IMG/VR virus record: IMGVR_UViG_3300032893_000003
Span: 14,633 to 78,632 of that record
Strand: one strand, 5' to 3'
From: a virus
Lineage: Duplodnaviria > Heunggongvirae > Uroviricota > Caudoviricetes
Length of the DNA stretch: 64,000 nt
The stretch's first letter is position 1; each line of letters begins with the position of its first letter. The translations under genes were made by a program, and so were the position numbers. Of this stretch, positions 46,737-55,346 are shown in pieces. The notes beneath the pieces were generated by a model. That model was not told where the DNA came from. It did no database searches and saw only the letters and a program-made list of their open reading frames with translations.

Positions 46737-48016
46737 GCCATTGGCGCAGCGGTCAATTGCTTGGTTCTTTGTTGAGTTAAAGCTCTAAGTCGGGCGGCCT
46801 GTCCAGGATGGTGGGGGCACTTGACTGCTGGACATATGGCACGGCCGCAGGCAAACCCGTCACCCAGGTTATTGACTGCGTTGAACATACAGCGCTGGCA
46901 TACGTAACCGCTCCTTGGGGGATGTACGCGCCTGTAGGCTTCGCAAGCCATGGAATAGTGGTCATAAGCATGGTTGCCTGAATGAAGGGGGTTTATAACG
47001 TCGCCACAAGAACAGAGCGGATGTCGTAAAGCCGTCACATTGACGTGCTTTGAGCAGTGTGTAGCAATCCCGCACAAGACACAAGTATCTGGAGCCTGAT
47101 TGGGCAGCTTCTCTAAGTCAGCCAGCGTATAAATCGAACAGCCATCGACGATAGCTTCGCCGCCTGTTTTAACATCTGGGATTAGTTTTCCATTATCCCC
47201 GACATCGAAGAGACTGCTATAAATGATGTGGTAGCGCGCTAAAAACGGCAAAGCTCTGGGGCTTTTAAACCACGTCATAACTCCCAGTGTGCACGCAAGC
47301 CAAAACAAATAATCCCCTGCAAGACCATCTTGAACTCTCGTGCGATCGTAGACGTCCTTCACGCGGCGATCTTCATAGATGAAGCATTCCAAGTGATCGT
47401 TTAACATCTCATCCACGAAGTTTTCAAGCCAACCAAAAGACCCCCAGACCACTTCCGACATTTTACTTAAAATGTGTTTCATAGCGGCTTCGCGATCTTT
47501 AAATTGCGGTGGGATGACGTTGTTGCGCAAGAAGTGTCGCATTCCTTCGTGCTCCATCATATTCTGGATAACTTTGTATGGCTTAAAGTCCCACCCTGGC
47601 TGATACTTGAAAACTTCCATCCGCGTTGGATCTAAGATGTCCTTTGTTACCCTGTGCTGATAGGTTATGAGCGAGGCGTCGTATTCTAATTGCACTAGGG
47701 TATCGACAAGGAAGAAGTAGGGCTCGCTATACTCGATTCGGCGAATGACTTCGTTACATGCGTCACGCACGGAGGAAAATTCCGAGCAAGATATACGCAG
47801 CTCCGACACAAAACCATCTACAAATTCGAGAAGATCTCGCGGAAGTTTGCCTTGTTGGATAACGTAATCAAACTGGCTGCACTCCCAAGTTTCAGTTGTT
47901 ATCTCAACGATCGGGCTTGTGCGCTTTGTAAACTTTTCTTCTGGAACTTCTAGAAAGTCGTCGTTAACTTTCCAGAGCTTAGAGTGATCGAGTAGTAGGT
48001 CAGCTGCATTATTCAT
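46733..48016 (-). CDS. Hypothetical protein with Cys/His-rich C-terminal Zn fingers
   Basis: 427 aa, GGAGG RBS; CVLCG, CSCG, CQRC, CPAVKC. Confidence 0.75.
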   Translation of the reverse strand: MNNAADLLLDHSKLWKVNDDFLEVPEEKFTKRTSPIVEITTETWECSQFDYVIQQGKLPRDLLEFVDGFVSELRISCSEFSSVRDACNEVIRRIEYSEPYFFLVDTLVQLEYDASLITYQHRVTKDILDPTRMEVFKYQPGWDFKPYKVIQNMMEHEGMRHFLRNNVIPPQFKDREAAMKHILSKMSEVVWGSFGWLENFVDEMLNDHLECFIYEDRRVKDVYDRTRVQDGLAGDYLFWLACTLGVMTWFKSPRALPFLARYHIIYSSLFDVGDNGKLIPDVKTGGEAIVDGCSIYTLADLEKLPNQAPDTCVLCGIATHCSKHVNVTALRHPLCSCGDVINPLHSGNHAYDHYSMACEAYRRVHPPRSGYVCQRCMFNAVNNLGDGFACGRAICPAVKCPHHPGQAARLRALTQQRTKQLTAAPMA

Positions 48017-48057
48017 AAGTCCTCCATGTTTCTAGAGGACTTATACCTAAAAATAAA

Positions 48058-48537
48058 TTATTTTTTCCTTTGATTTCGCTTACTTACAACTTCTGTTTTG
48101 GGTTCTTCTTCAACTTTTAGTTCACCCACAATCGTCTTTGGGGCTGCGACGACCGGAACATCTCCCACTAATTTTGTGGGATTTTTTTCAAGAAGTACAA
48201 CTTCCGGCTTTGCTGCCAGTTCGATGTCCGGCAAGCCAAACGAATCCTTCCCGGTCTTGTAGTGAACTTTAAAGGAGTGCTCTTTAGGAACATAAAAGCG
48301 TCCTGTGCGCGCTTTTGTTTGTCCCACCCATGCACGACCCTCAACCCAGGCTTCCCATTGGTCCTTGTCTTTGTTCATGCTGTGGAATTTTTCAACATGG
48401 ATTTTACTTTTCTCAACCCAGTAAATAGTGTCCCGAGTGTTCAATGCCTTTATAGCGCGGGTGACCGCGTGAGGAATAGCTTCTTTGGCATTTAGCTTGA
48501 TAGCGTCGCCTCTGCGACTGATCCCTTTGATAAGCAT
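48058..48537 (-). CDS. Hypothetical protein
   Basis: AAGGAG RBS, TAATG coupling. Confidence 0.7.
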   Translation of the reverse strand: MLIKGISRRGDAIKLNAKEAIPHAVTRAIKALNTRDTIYWVEKSKIHVEKFHSMNKDKDQWEAWVEGRAWVGQTKARTGRFYVPKEHSFKVHYKTGKDSFGLPDIELAAKPEVVLLEKNPTKLVGDVPVVAAPKTIVGELKVEEEPKTEVVSKRNQRKK

Positions 48538-48953
48538 TATTTTGCTCCTTTGATACGTTTTTCATGAACTTTCATGAATGTTTGTTTATAGCCTTTTGTG
48601 GTCACGCTACGAGACAGTTCTCTGAAGCGGATTGGATCTTCTTTCTGCATCTTGCGCAACTTGTCGCCAGGAATGTTGCCAATATTTTTTTCCCATTGAA
48701 GTCTGGTTGCTGAAACTGTGCGGGGCTTGCCGTCGCCTGAGTCGATTTTGTAGGCGACAAGTCCGTTACGCTCGAACTGGACTTTAAACGTCAAGTTAAC
48801 TTTACAAGGGAGCATATGGCTTTTTGTATAAACGTGGCCTTCGAATTTCACCACATCTTGAGGCTCTTCCTTGGCCGGATACTCGATTATCAGTTCCTTG
48901 CCGTCCTCATCTAGGTAAACGTACTGGATGTCCCGATCTTCTAGCCAGCTCAT
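48537..48953 (-). CDS. Hypothetical protein
   Basis: Start moved to ATG 48953 (AAGGAG RBS). Confidence 0.7.
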   Translation of the reverse strand: MSWLEDRDIQYVYLDEDGKELIIEYPAKEEPQDVVKFEGHVYTKSHMLPCKVNLTFKVQFERNGLVAYKIDSGDGKPRTVSATRLQWEKNIGNIPGDKLRKMQKEDPIRFRELSRSVTTKGYKQTFMKVHEKRIKGAK

Positions 48954-48990
48954 AAATCTCCTTAAAACCATACTCCCATATTTGATAGGT

Positions 48991-49016
48991 AAAAACAAGA
49001 AGCCCCGCGAGGGGCT
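48991..49016 (-). terminator. Intrinsic terminator
   Basis: AGCCCC-TCGC-GGGGCT then TCTTGTTTTT. Confidence 0.65.
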
Positions 49017-49020
49017 CCTT

Positions 49021-50373
49021 TTAAGCCTTGTAGCTTCCAAACCGCGTACTGCGATCTTTAACCACAAACTCTTTTAACATCTCAAGTAGCCCTGGTTTAT
49101 CAAGCCTCCAGAGATTCTTAAGCTTTTGGGACTGCCATTCCCTAAAGGTATTTGGGTCAATACCCCAGTGCTTAAGAACAGCCGCCAAATCCGGCAACCT
49201 AGCCATAAGTTCATACTTAATTCGCTCGGCGTCTGTGAGCTGTTCAGGGCTCACTAAAAGCTGCTTTGCGCGGTTGGATTCTTCTCTGATCTTCAGATCA
49301 GTCGAAACCCAGTCTACCGCTTCATCGCCAGCTTTAAATCCATACCATTCCCCTTCAATATCTACCCGTCCAGTTGGCGCGTGTTTTTCGATCCCCTCCT
49401 TTAGAGCTTGCTGGACCTCGCTCTTTAAAGCCTCGATCGCCTTAAGAGCGGATGCCAAGCGCGGAAGATCAGCATAGCTTCTCACATTTAGATCAAGCTC
49501 CCCGCGAGCCTTCTGCTCTCTGAGGGCTTGGTTCATCGTGCACTCTTGCGTTAGATGGCAATAGTCGCAGTGAGACCCAGGCTTTGCAGGATATTCTTGG
49601 TAGTTCTCGATCGCCCAGATTCGGCTCAAAATATAGCCTTCAAACTCCGCAAGCTCTTCTTGCGACCAATAAACTGGCGGGGCGTAGCAGTTCAGATTTG
49701 GGTGCGCATAATGTAGCACCGTCTTAATCTGATAACCTGGATAAAAGAGGCTCACAAGCCACGCATAAGCGCCCACCTGGAAATTATGGTCTTCATTCTT
49801 ATTTTTACTTGGTGTGCTTTTGTGATCTAAAATCACAACTGTTTTTGTGACCTCATCAACCGTTACTTGGTCGAGCTTTCCTCCAAAGAAAGCGGCCGAA
49901 TTTGGATATCCGTTTGCATCTTCATAGGACATAGCGACGTAAGCTTTCGCTGGCACGACGTTATCAAGGAACGAATCCTCTTCATAATACGCCACGGCGA
50001 ACGACTTCTCACACGACGTTGTTTTGTTGAGATACGGGCTTGGGTTAGAGACGTAAGCGCTTGCAGCGCCCTTAATCAAATCGATCTCTTCATACGATGC
50101 CGGAAACATACCAATAGCTTCTGATACCCAGTTAGAAATGAGAGATGGAGAGAGGCTTTGCTCCTCCACTTTTGCCATAGAGATTTTCGCTAGAACGTGG
50201 TGAATAGCGTTACCTCGAGCTGCGGCCGTAGTTGTGACGATGGATTTATCTTTCCGGATATATTGACCGAAAAATCGTTGGGGACATTTTGCAATGATAA
50301 GTCTTGATGGGGAGTAGGGTCCGTACTTTAGATTTGGTTGCACGTATCCCTTCGGCGGCTCTTGGTAAAGCAT
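49021..50373 (-). CDS. Cas4/RecB(AddB)-like PD-(D/E)XK exonuclease
   Basis: YSPSR...KCP, RGNAIH, GKLDQV...ILDHKS, QVGAY, HCDYC...C (four Fe-S Cys). Confidence 0.85.
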   Translation of the reverse strand: MLYQEPPKGYVQPNLKYGPYSPSRLIIAKCPQRFFGQYIRKDKSIVTTTAAARGNAIHHVLAKISMAKVEEQSLSPSLISNWVSEAIGMFPASYEEIDLIKGAASAYVSNPSPYLNKTTSCEKSFAVAYYEEDSFLDNVVPAKAYVAMSYEDANGYPNSAAFFGGKLDQVTVDEVTKTVVILDHKSTPSKNKNEDHNFQVGAYAWLVSLFYPGYQIKTVLHYAHPNLNCYAPPVYWSQEELAEFEGYILSRIWAIENYQEYPAKPGSHCDYCHLTQECTMNQALREQKARGELDLNVRSYADLPRLASALKAIEALKSEVQQALKEGIEKHAPTGRVDIEGEWYGFKAGDEAVDWVSTDLKIREESNRAKQLLVSPEQLTDAERIKYELMARLPDLAAVLKHWGIDPNTFREWQSQKLKNLWRLDKPGLLEMLKEFVVKDRSTRFGSYKA

Positions 50374-50449
50374 AATAAATCTCCTTAGTTGTTAGAGAAG
50401 TTTCTAACAACGAGTTGTAAATCCTAATTTAAGTCCTTATACCAGAACT

Positions 50450-50677
50450 TTAAGCTGCGTCGTCTGGCTCGAAGTCTTCGTTAACGGTGTCTACGTCGTC
50501 AGCAGGTTCGAAGTCGAGCTCTGCCGGACTTTCATCTTCCGTTGTGGGGCCGCTGTCTTCGACTTCATTATCGACTTCGTCGTAAACTTCGGTATCAGCA
50601 GTCAGATCTTCAACCGTTTCATCGCTTTCGTTCATAATTTCCTCTGCTTCCTCTTCAGGGGTTTTGTCTGTGGGCAT
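50450..50677 (-). CDS. 75-aa extremely acidic protein
   Basis: AAGGAG RBS before ATG 50677; 33 of 75 residues D/E by hand count, one Lys. Confidence 0.7.
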   Translation of the reverse strand: MPTDKTPEEEAEEIMNESDETVEDLTADTEVYDEVDNEVEDSGPTTEDESPAELDFEPADDVDTVNEDFEPDDAA

Positions 50678-50879
50678 ACATATCTCCTTTAAGTAATTGT
50701 GTCGCTTCCTCCACCAAAATCTGCAAAAGCTTTTCACGTACGTCAACCCCAAAAGAGGTTAAAACGCTAACCTCAACGGTACCTAGACATTCGGCTAACA
50801 ACCTAAACTGATTTTGATGAACGCGGCGACGAAGTGTCTTTTCGGCGGCATCCTTGATTTGATCAGGGCTTAGGGACAT
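50655..50879 (-). CDS. Hypothetical protein
   Basis: GAGG RBS. Confidence 0.6.
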   Translation of the reverse strand: MSLSPDQIKDAAEKTLRRRVHQNQFRLLAECLGTVEVSVLTSFGVDVREKLLQILVEEATQLLKGDMYAHRQNP

Positions 50880-51195
50880 TTTTAACCTCATCTAGAATGT
50901 CCTTCAAGTCTACGGCCATAGCGTCCGCTATCTGCTTCTGAGTAGTGTCTAATGTCTCGTAAAACTCTTTATCAGCTCTTTCCATGGTGGCGGCCACAAA
51001 CTCCTGGGAGGCGGCTATAACAGCCGGGCAGGGCTTTGTAAGAGCCCCTACGTCAGCCACACGAAGTTCTTTCTTACCCTCTTGCGTGTAAACCCATATA
51101 AAGTTCGCGCCGTGCCCAGTCAGAGTTTCAAGGCTTCTCAAGCCGTCATTGAAAAGGTTGGCTAATTTCACGTATTTGGGCAGTGCATCTTTCAT
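50863..51195 (-). CDS. Hypothetical protein
   Basis: AGGAG RBS. Confidence 0.7.
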   Translation of the reverse strand: MKDALPKYVKLANLFNDGLRSLETLTGHGANFIWVYTQEGKKELRVADVGALTKPCPAVIAASQEFVAATMERADKEFYETLDTTQKQIADAMAVDLKDILDEVKNVPKP

Positions 51196-51210
51196 AGGGT
51201 CTCCTAGCTA

Positions 51211-51238
51211 AAGAAAAGTGCCCCATCAGGGGCACTTT
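51211..51238 (-). terminator. Intrinsic terminator
   Basis: AAAGTGCCCC-TGAT-GGGGCACTTT then TCTT. Confidence 0.7.
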
Positions 51239-51241
51239 CAG

Positions 51242-52450
51242 TTAAAATAGCGGATTACTGTTTAAAGGCGATGCGGATGGGGTAGCGGGGGGCGGGGGCG
51301 TCGGAGCTGCCTGGGGCTTAGCCTCAGGGGCTTTCGGCGCTGCCTTAGCAGCTTTCTTGAGTTCCTTGATACGTCCTTTAAGGTACGTCACAAGCCGACC
51401 GACATCCGGAAATGCTTTGGTTGTAGTAAACCTATTTTCTTCAGAATTTTCTTTACCTAGAAGTAAAGCGATCTCTGCAAACAAAGGAGCCACGGACGGG
51501 TCATTTGCTCGCGCGCGGATGGCATCATCCGTTGATTGAGTCTGAGTTACAGACACCGGCTTTGTAGGTGATATCGCCTCTTTTGTAGGTTGATCGACAA
51601 AGGCTTCGACATCGGGATCTCCGGACTCAAGGAGCGGAACTCCTGTTGCTTCTGGCAGCAACTGACGTTCTTCTGGGGCTGCAAATGTTCCTGCGCGCCA
51701 TTGAAGAAGTGTTGCCCAGTTTACCGGATCGATCTTATCTCGAAACATCTTCTCATAATCTGCGAAGTTGATGTTCTCGATGTGCACTACATCCGTATCG
51801 CGCTTTGACAGATTACCCTGCTTATCAGGAAAATTGATTCCGACCTTCTTTTTGTAGGCTCTGAAAATCTGTCCTTTGAGCCGTCCACCGTAACCGTCAA
51901 ACGCTTTGTAGAACGCGCTTAAGGCATTCATCACGGCGTTGATGGACGTGTTATCCAAAGTAAAGATCGACAACATCGAATACTGTGGAATAATCACATC
52001 GAGGAACATATGCTCTGAGCATTTGCCGCCGATGTAATCAGGACAAGACCTATAGAGGCACTTTCTTTCAAAAGCCTTCGACATTCCAGGAAACGGATTA
52101 GCCGTCAGCCCGGGAACCTCAAGACCTACTTTAAAAAAGGCAGCTACACTCCCCATGCTCTGACCTGTTTTAGGATCGACATGGTTGTGCATACTTTTAC
52201 ACACAAGCTGGTTCTGGGAATAGAGCCTTAAGTCATCTCGGAAGAATTTCTGAATGTTGTTAGAGTTTACCGTAAAATAGATTTCAGTTGGTTTGTCGCC
52301 CAAAATGGGAACTAACTGGGGTGCGTCGTGCAGCGCAAAGTGGGGCAAGTTTTTGGGATATCCGGTAGCCGGATCTTTGATTCCACTTTTGATTTTTCCA
52401 TCACGGCGCGGAATGAACGAATCTGTGACTGTCAGTCCATTAATGGGCAT
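51242..52450 (-). CDS. Putative recombination/annealing protein (phage Gp3 RDF-like)
   Basis: GKIKSGIK...YPKNLPHF, QLVCKS, CLYRSC...KC, IFTLDNTS; Pro/Ala tail; close to the Cas4-like exonuclease. Confidence 0.5.
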   Translation of the reverse strand: MPINGLTVTDSFIPRRDGKIKSGIKDPATGYPKNLPHFALHDAPQLVPILGDKPTEIYFTVNSNNIQKFFRDDLRLYSQNQLVCKSMHNHVDPKTGQSMGSVAAFFKVGLEVPGLTANPFPGMSKAFERKCLYRSCPDYIGGKCSEHMFLDVIIPQYSMLSIFTLDNTSINAVMNALSAFYKAFDGYGGRLKGQIFRAYKKKVGINFPDKQGNLSKRDTDVVHIENINFADYEKMFRDKIDPVNWATLLQWRAGTFAAPEERQLLPEATGVPLLESGDPDVEAFVDQPTKEAISPTKPVSVTQTQSTDDAIRARANDPSVAPLFAEIALLLGKENSEENRFTTTKAFPDVGRLVTYLKGRIKELKKAAKAAPKAPEAKPQAAPTPPPPATPSASPLNSNPLF

Positions 52451-52499
52451 AATAAATCTCCTTTTATTTAGTTGTAACGGGTTCTATCCTACCGCGCAA

Positions 52500-52526
52500 C
52501 TTATATCGAAAACCAATTGATATTTG
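52500..52526 (-). promoter_or_regulatory. Promoter motif copy (CAAATA-N15-TATAAG)
   Basis: Consensus spacing, upstream of 51242-52450. Confidence 0.55.
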
Positions 52527-52527
52527 C

Positions 52528-52713
52528 CTATGTTTTGTCGGCAGACAATAGGTCTAATTTTTCTTTTATTGCAGCCATCTCATTTGCAACCATGGCACGT
52601 GCTGGCGCGGGTGCTGATGTTTTTTGAAGATCGTGCTCTTTCAAGCGCAATCGGCTGTACTCAGCCTGTAATTCTTCCACGAGCTGTTCTTTTTGCACAC
52701 CTAGCTTTTCCAT
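52528..52713 (-). CDS. Small coiled-coil protein
   Basis: AAGGAG RBS. Confidence 0.6.
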   Translation of the reverse strand: MEKLGVQKEQLVEELQAEYSRLRLKEHDLQKTSAPAPARAMVANEMAAIKEKLDLLSADKT

Positions 52714-52716
52714 GAG

Positions 52717-52962
52717 TTAACTCCTTTTATCTTTGTCCGGCGCGCTGATCGATACCGTAAGTTGGTTATCGACTATCGCGCTTAATAAAGCTCCTTCAAT
52801 TAAGAACGCTTCAGCAAGCCGTTCCTGATTCTCCAGGATAGCACGAATCATGTCATTTGGGTCCTTAGAATAACGTGCTTTTTCAGCCCTTTCACGCACC
52901 ATCTCCAATATATGCTGAAGTACTTTGTACGGATCCGTGGGACTTGAGACAGGCTTATCCAT
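52717..52962 (-). CDS. Hypothetical protein
   Basis: GGAGG RBS before ATG 52962. Confidence 0.65.
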   Translation of the reverse strand: MDKPVSSPTDPYKVLQHILEMVRERAEKARYSKDPNDMIRAILENQERLAEAFLIEGALLSAIVDNQLTVSISAPDKDKRS

Positions 52963-53020
52963 GAGGCTTCCCTCCTGACACATTAATTGTATCACGAGCT
53001 CGTAAGCCTTTTCTTAAAGT

Positions 53021-53695
53021 TTAATCTTCCTCGCCTGTATAGGCCTGGATGCGCGCGCCCTGCCCCTTTCTAAGTCGAGATTCAAATGACTTAGTGGCTT
53101 TGCGCGGGCGCTCACTATAGGGTCCTTGTCCTGCGTACCCGCGTGTAACGGTCGGGATCTCGTCATCCTCGCGCTCTTCTGGCTCACCCATAGCAGCGTC
53201 GAGAAATGCTTCGGCATTGCCTCCGGCATTTTTAATGTGGCTGTCTGAAAAAACCTTTTTTAGAGTTTCGTCTTCCTCATCTTCCGGCTCTTTAGCCGCT
53301 TCAGCTTCTGCTTGTTCTTCAAGGGATTTATTATTCTGGTCATCAACATCGCCCGAAAGTTCGTGTCCGGAGACCTCGTCCTTTAGCTCGATGCCTGAAA
53401 ACGCTTCTTCAACAGACGGAGCTGCCGCCGTTTCTTTATGAGCGTCCGCAAAAGTTTTCTTTGGAGCAGGTTTGACGGATAGAGAGGGCGTTTCCGCGTC
53501 TGTATCTACGTTGTAATTGAAAGTAACACTTTGCTCGACCCCCAGGAGCTCGGCACACTTCTTCGTAATGATCTCATCAAGAAATCCTGACAGTGTGCTC
53601 TCGATCGACCCCACCCCTTCGCCTGTGAGCATCGCTAGCGCGCGTAGCTTCCGCTGTGTCATCTCGCTGATAGGTAAATTAAGAGTGTCCGCCAT
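53021..53695 (-). CDS. Acidic protein with possible N-terminal ribbon-helix-helix
   Basis: TLNLPISEMTQRKLRALA. Confidence 0.65.
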   Translation of the reverse strand: MADTLNLPISEMTQRKLRALAMLTGEGVGSIESTLSGFLDEIITKKCAELLGVEQSVTFNYNVDTDAETPSLSVKPAPKKTFADAHKETAAAPSVEEAFSGIELKDEVSGHELSGDVDDQNNKSLEEQAEAEAAKEPEDEEDETLKKVFSDSHIKNAGGNAEAFLDAAMGEPEEREDDEIPTVTRGYAGQGPYSERPRKATKSFESRLRKGQGARIQAYTGEED

Positions 53696-53973
53696 TATTC
53701 TACCCTCCTGACCTTCTCAGAGGTTTCGGTAGCATGATACATAGGCACTTTCTTCTTATAAAGCCGTGCCTTTAAAGTTTCAACCTCTCGCTTCAATGTC
53801 GCATTTTCTGTTGTCAATTGTTCGGCTAGGGCCTCAAATTTCGCAGAATCGGTCGCAAAGTTAAGCTCCTCCCTTAAGAGAGCGATACCTTGACGAAGCA
53901 AAACTGCAGATGTTGTTTGAGATGCGATAGCTAAATCAAAAAGCTTTTGTGCGGTGAGTACGTCAGACGTCAT
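53695..53973 (-). CDS. Coiled-coil hypothetical protein
   Basis: AGGAG RBS. Confidence 0.7.
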   Translation of the reverse strand: MTSDVLTAQKLFDLAIASQTTSAVLLRQGIALLREELNFATDSAKFEALAEQLTTENATLKREVETLKARLYKKKVPMYHATETSEKVRRVE

Positions 53974-54038
53974 ATAAATCTCCTAAATAGGCAGTGGTTG
54001 CCTATTTGAAGACTATCAGCGAGAGAGGCGAGAGGCAA

Positions 54039-54719
54039 TTATTTTTTGCGGGGTTTAACCATAAAGGACGGTCCGCCGTCATCGATCCAGCCACAGCCCA
54101 GAGTCCAATGGGTTCGGCGTGTGGCCGTATAACGCAGGGGTACCTGTGACTCATCACTTGCAAATCCACAATCAAGTTCCCAAATCGTCTGCCCATGAAT
54201 TTTTCTATAGATGCTGCCGCCGCGGTGAGTATGGCCATGGACTACCGGCTGGAGATAATAATTCATGTGGTCGCCGAGCTTCATATAATGTCCGTGTATG
54301 TACAGCACACCGTCGAGTTCAAGCTCTTCTGAAGCGTCCATGATGGTCTTTACACCAGGAAATTCGAAGAGAGGCTGCATTGCCACCAAACTCTCGACCT
54401 CTGGACACATCTCTAGGATACGCTTGTCAGCGCGCACATCATGATTTCCGCGCAATTGGTAACAAACAGCTTTTGGATTGCCAGATTTGAGATGCTTCCA
54501 CATCGTCGCAGCGCCAAGTCTGCCTTCGGCAATTTCTTGCTTAGGCGTGCAAAGATTGTGAGTGCGCGCGAAGCGGCTGTGGGAGTACATATCGTAAAGA
54601 TCACCGAGCTGGATGATGACATCAGGCTTTCGCTCTTGGTTTAATTTGTAAATCCATGTGAGTGTATCTTGATCGTGCCAGGGAAAGTGAAGGTCGGGGA
54701 TCGCGAGGACTTTGCGCAA
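54039..54719 (-). CDS. Calcineurin-like metallophosphoesterase
   Basis: PDLHFP, LGDLYD, GNHD, IHGH, GHTH. Confidence 0.9.
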   Translation of the reverse strand: MRKVLAIPDLHFPWHDQDTLTWIYKLNQERKPDVIIQLGDLYDMYSHSRFARTHNLCTPKQEIAEGRLGAATMWKHLKSGNPKAVCYQLRGNHDVRADKRILEMCPEVESLVAMQPLFEFPGVKTIMDASEELELDGVLYIHGHYMKLGDHMNYYLQPVVHGHTHRGGSIYRKIHGQTIWELDCGFASDESQVPLRYTATRRTHWTLGCGWIDDGGPSFMVKPRKK

Positions 54720-54787
54720 ATGAACCTCCTAGATAGCTTACTTGGGCAAATTGTAAGCTATTTTGGAGCGTTTGTATCAAGGCGATA

Positions 54788-55018
54788 CTAAAACTGGCTT
54801 AACGTCTCGTCCTTTACTGACGGGATTTTCGTTAGGAAATCATGAAGATTTCTGATCGCTTCTTCCTCTGTTAACCCTGCAAGTTTAGTCGCTGGCGCGC
54901 CATGATTAACGTAATCCGCCAAATACTTTTCTTCAGGACCTACGCGCACTTTGCTCACCGTGACGTCACGGCCGAGCACTGATTTTAGTTCATCCTGGAT
55001 CTCATTTAGGGGCTTCAC
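54788..55018 (-). CDS. Hypothetical protein
   Basis: GAGG RBS. Confidence 0.6.
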   Translation of the reverse strand: MKPLNEIQDELKSVLGRDVTVSKVRVGPEEKYLADYVNHGAPATKLAGLTEEEAIRNLHDFLTKIPSVKDETLSQF

Positions 55019-55346
55019 TTGTAACCTCTACTGGCGCGGTTTCTTTAACCTCTGGTGTCGGTGTCGGTACAGCCGGCTCCGTTACAGCCACTTCCTCAGC
55101 TTGTTTAAGTAATGCCGCCAACGCCACAATATTGTTAGCGAAATCTATGTTTTGCTTAACAATCGCGCCGAACGTGTCGGAAGTATTCTCCAAAAAAATT
55201 GGATCAGCGCTCTCCGATGTCTCCGGATCTGGCAAACACATACCATAGCCGCCACCAAGAAGAATGTATGTGTCCCACCCGCCGTTATCGTTAGGAATGC
55301 GCCCTTGCCACAAAACTTTAAGGCCAACAAGTTTACTAAAATCCAT
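55002..55346 (-). CDS. Hypothetical protein
   Basis: AGAGGG RBS. Confidence 0.65.
   Translation of the reverse strand: MDFSKLVGLKVLWQGRIPNDNGGWDTYILLGGGYGMCLPDPETSESADPIFLENTSDTFGAIVKQNIDFANNIVALAALLKQAEEVAVTEPAVPTPTPEVKETAPVEVTSEAPK

Noticed and set aside
49021-50373. Cas4-like gene as part of CRISPR adaptation for the RAMP locus
   Set aside because: It lies 28 kb away in a recombination context, with no cas1/cas2; solo Cas4-like nucleases are common in phages.
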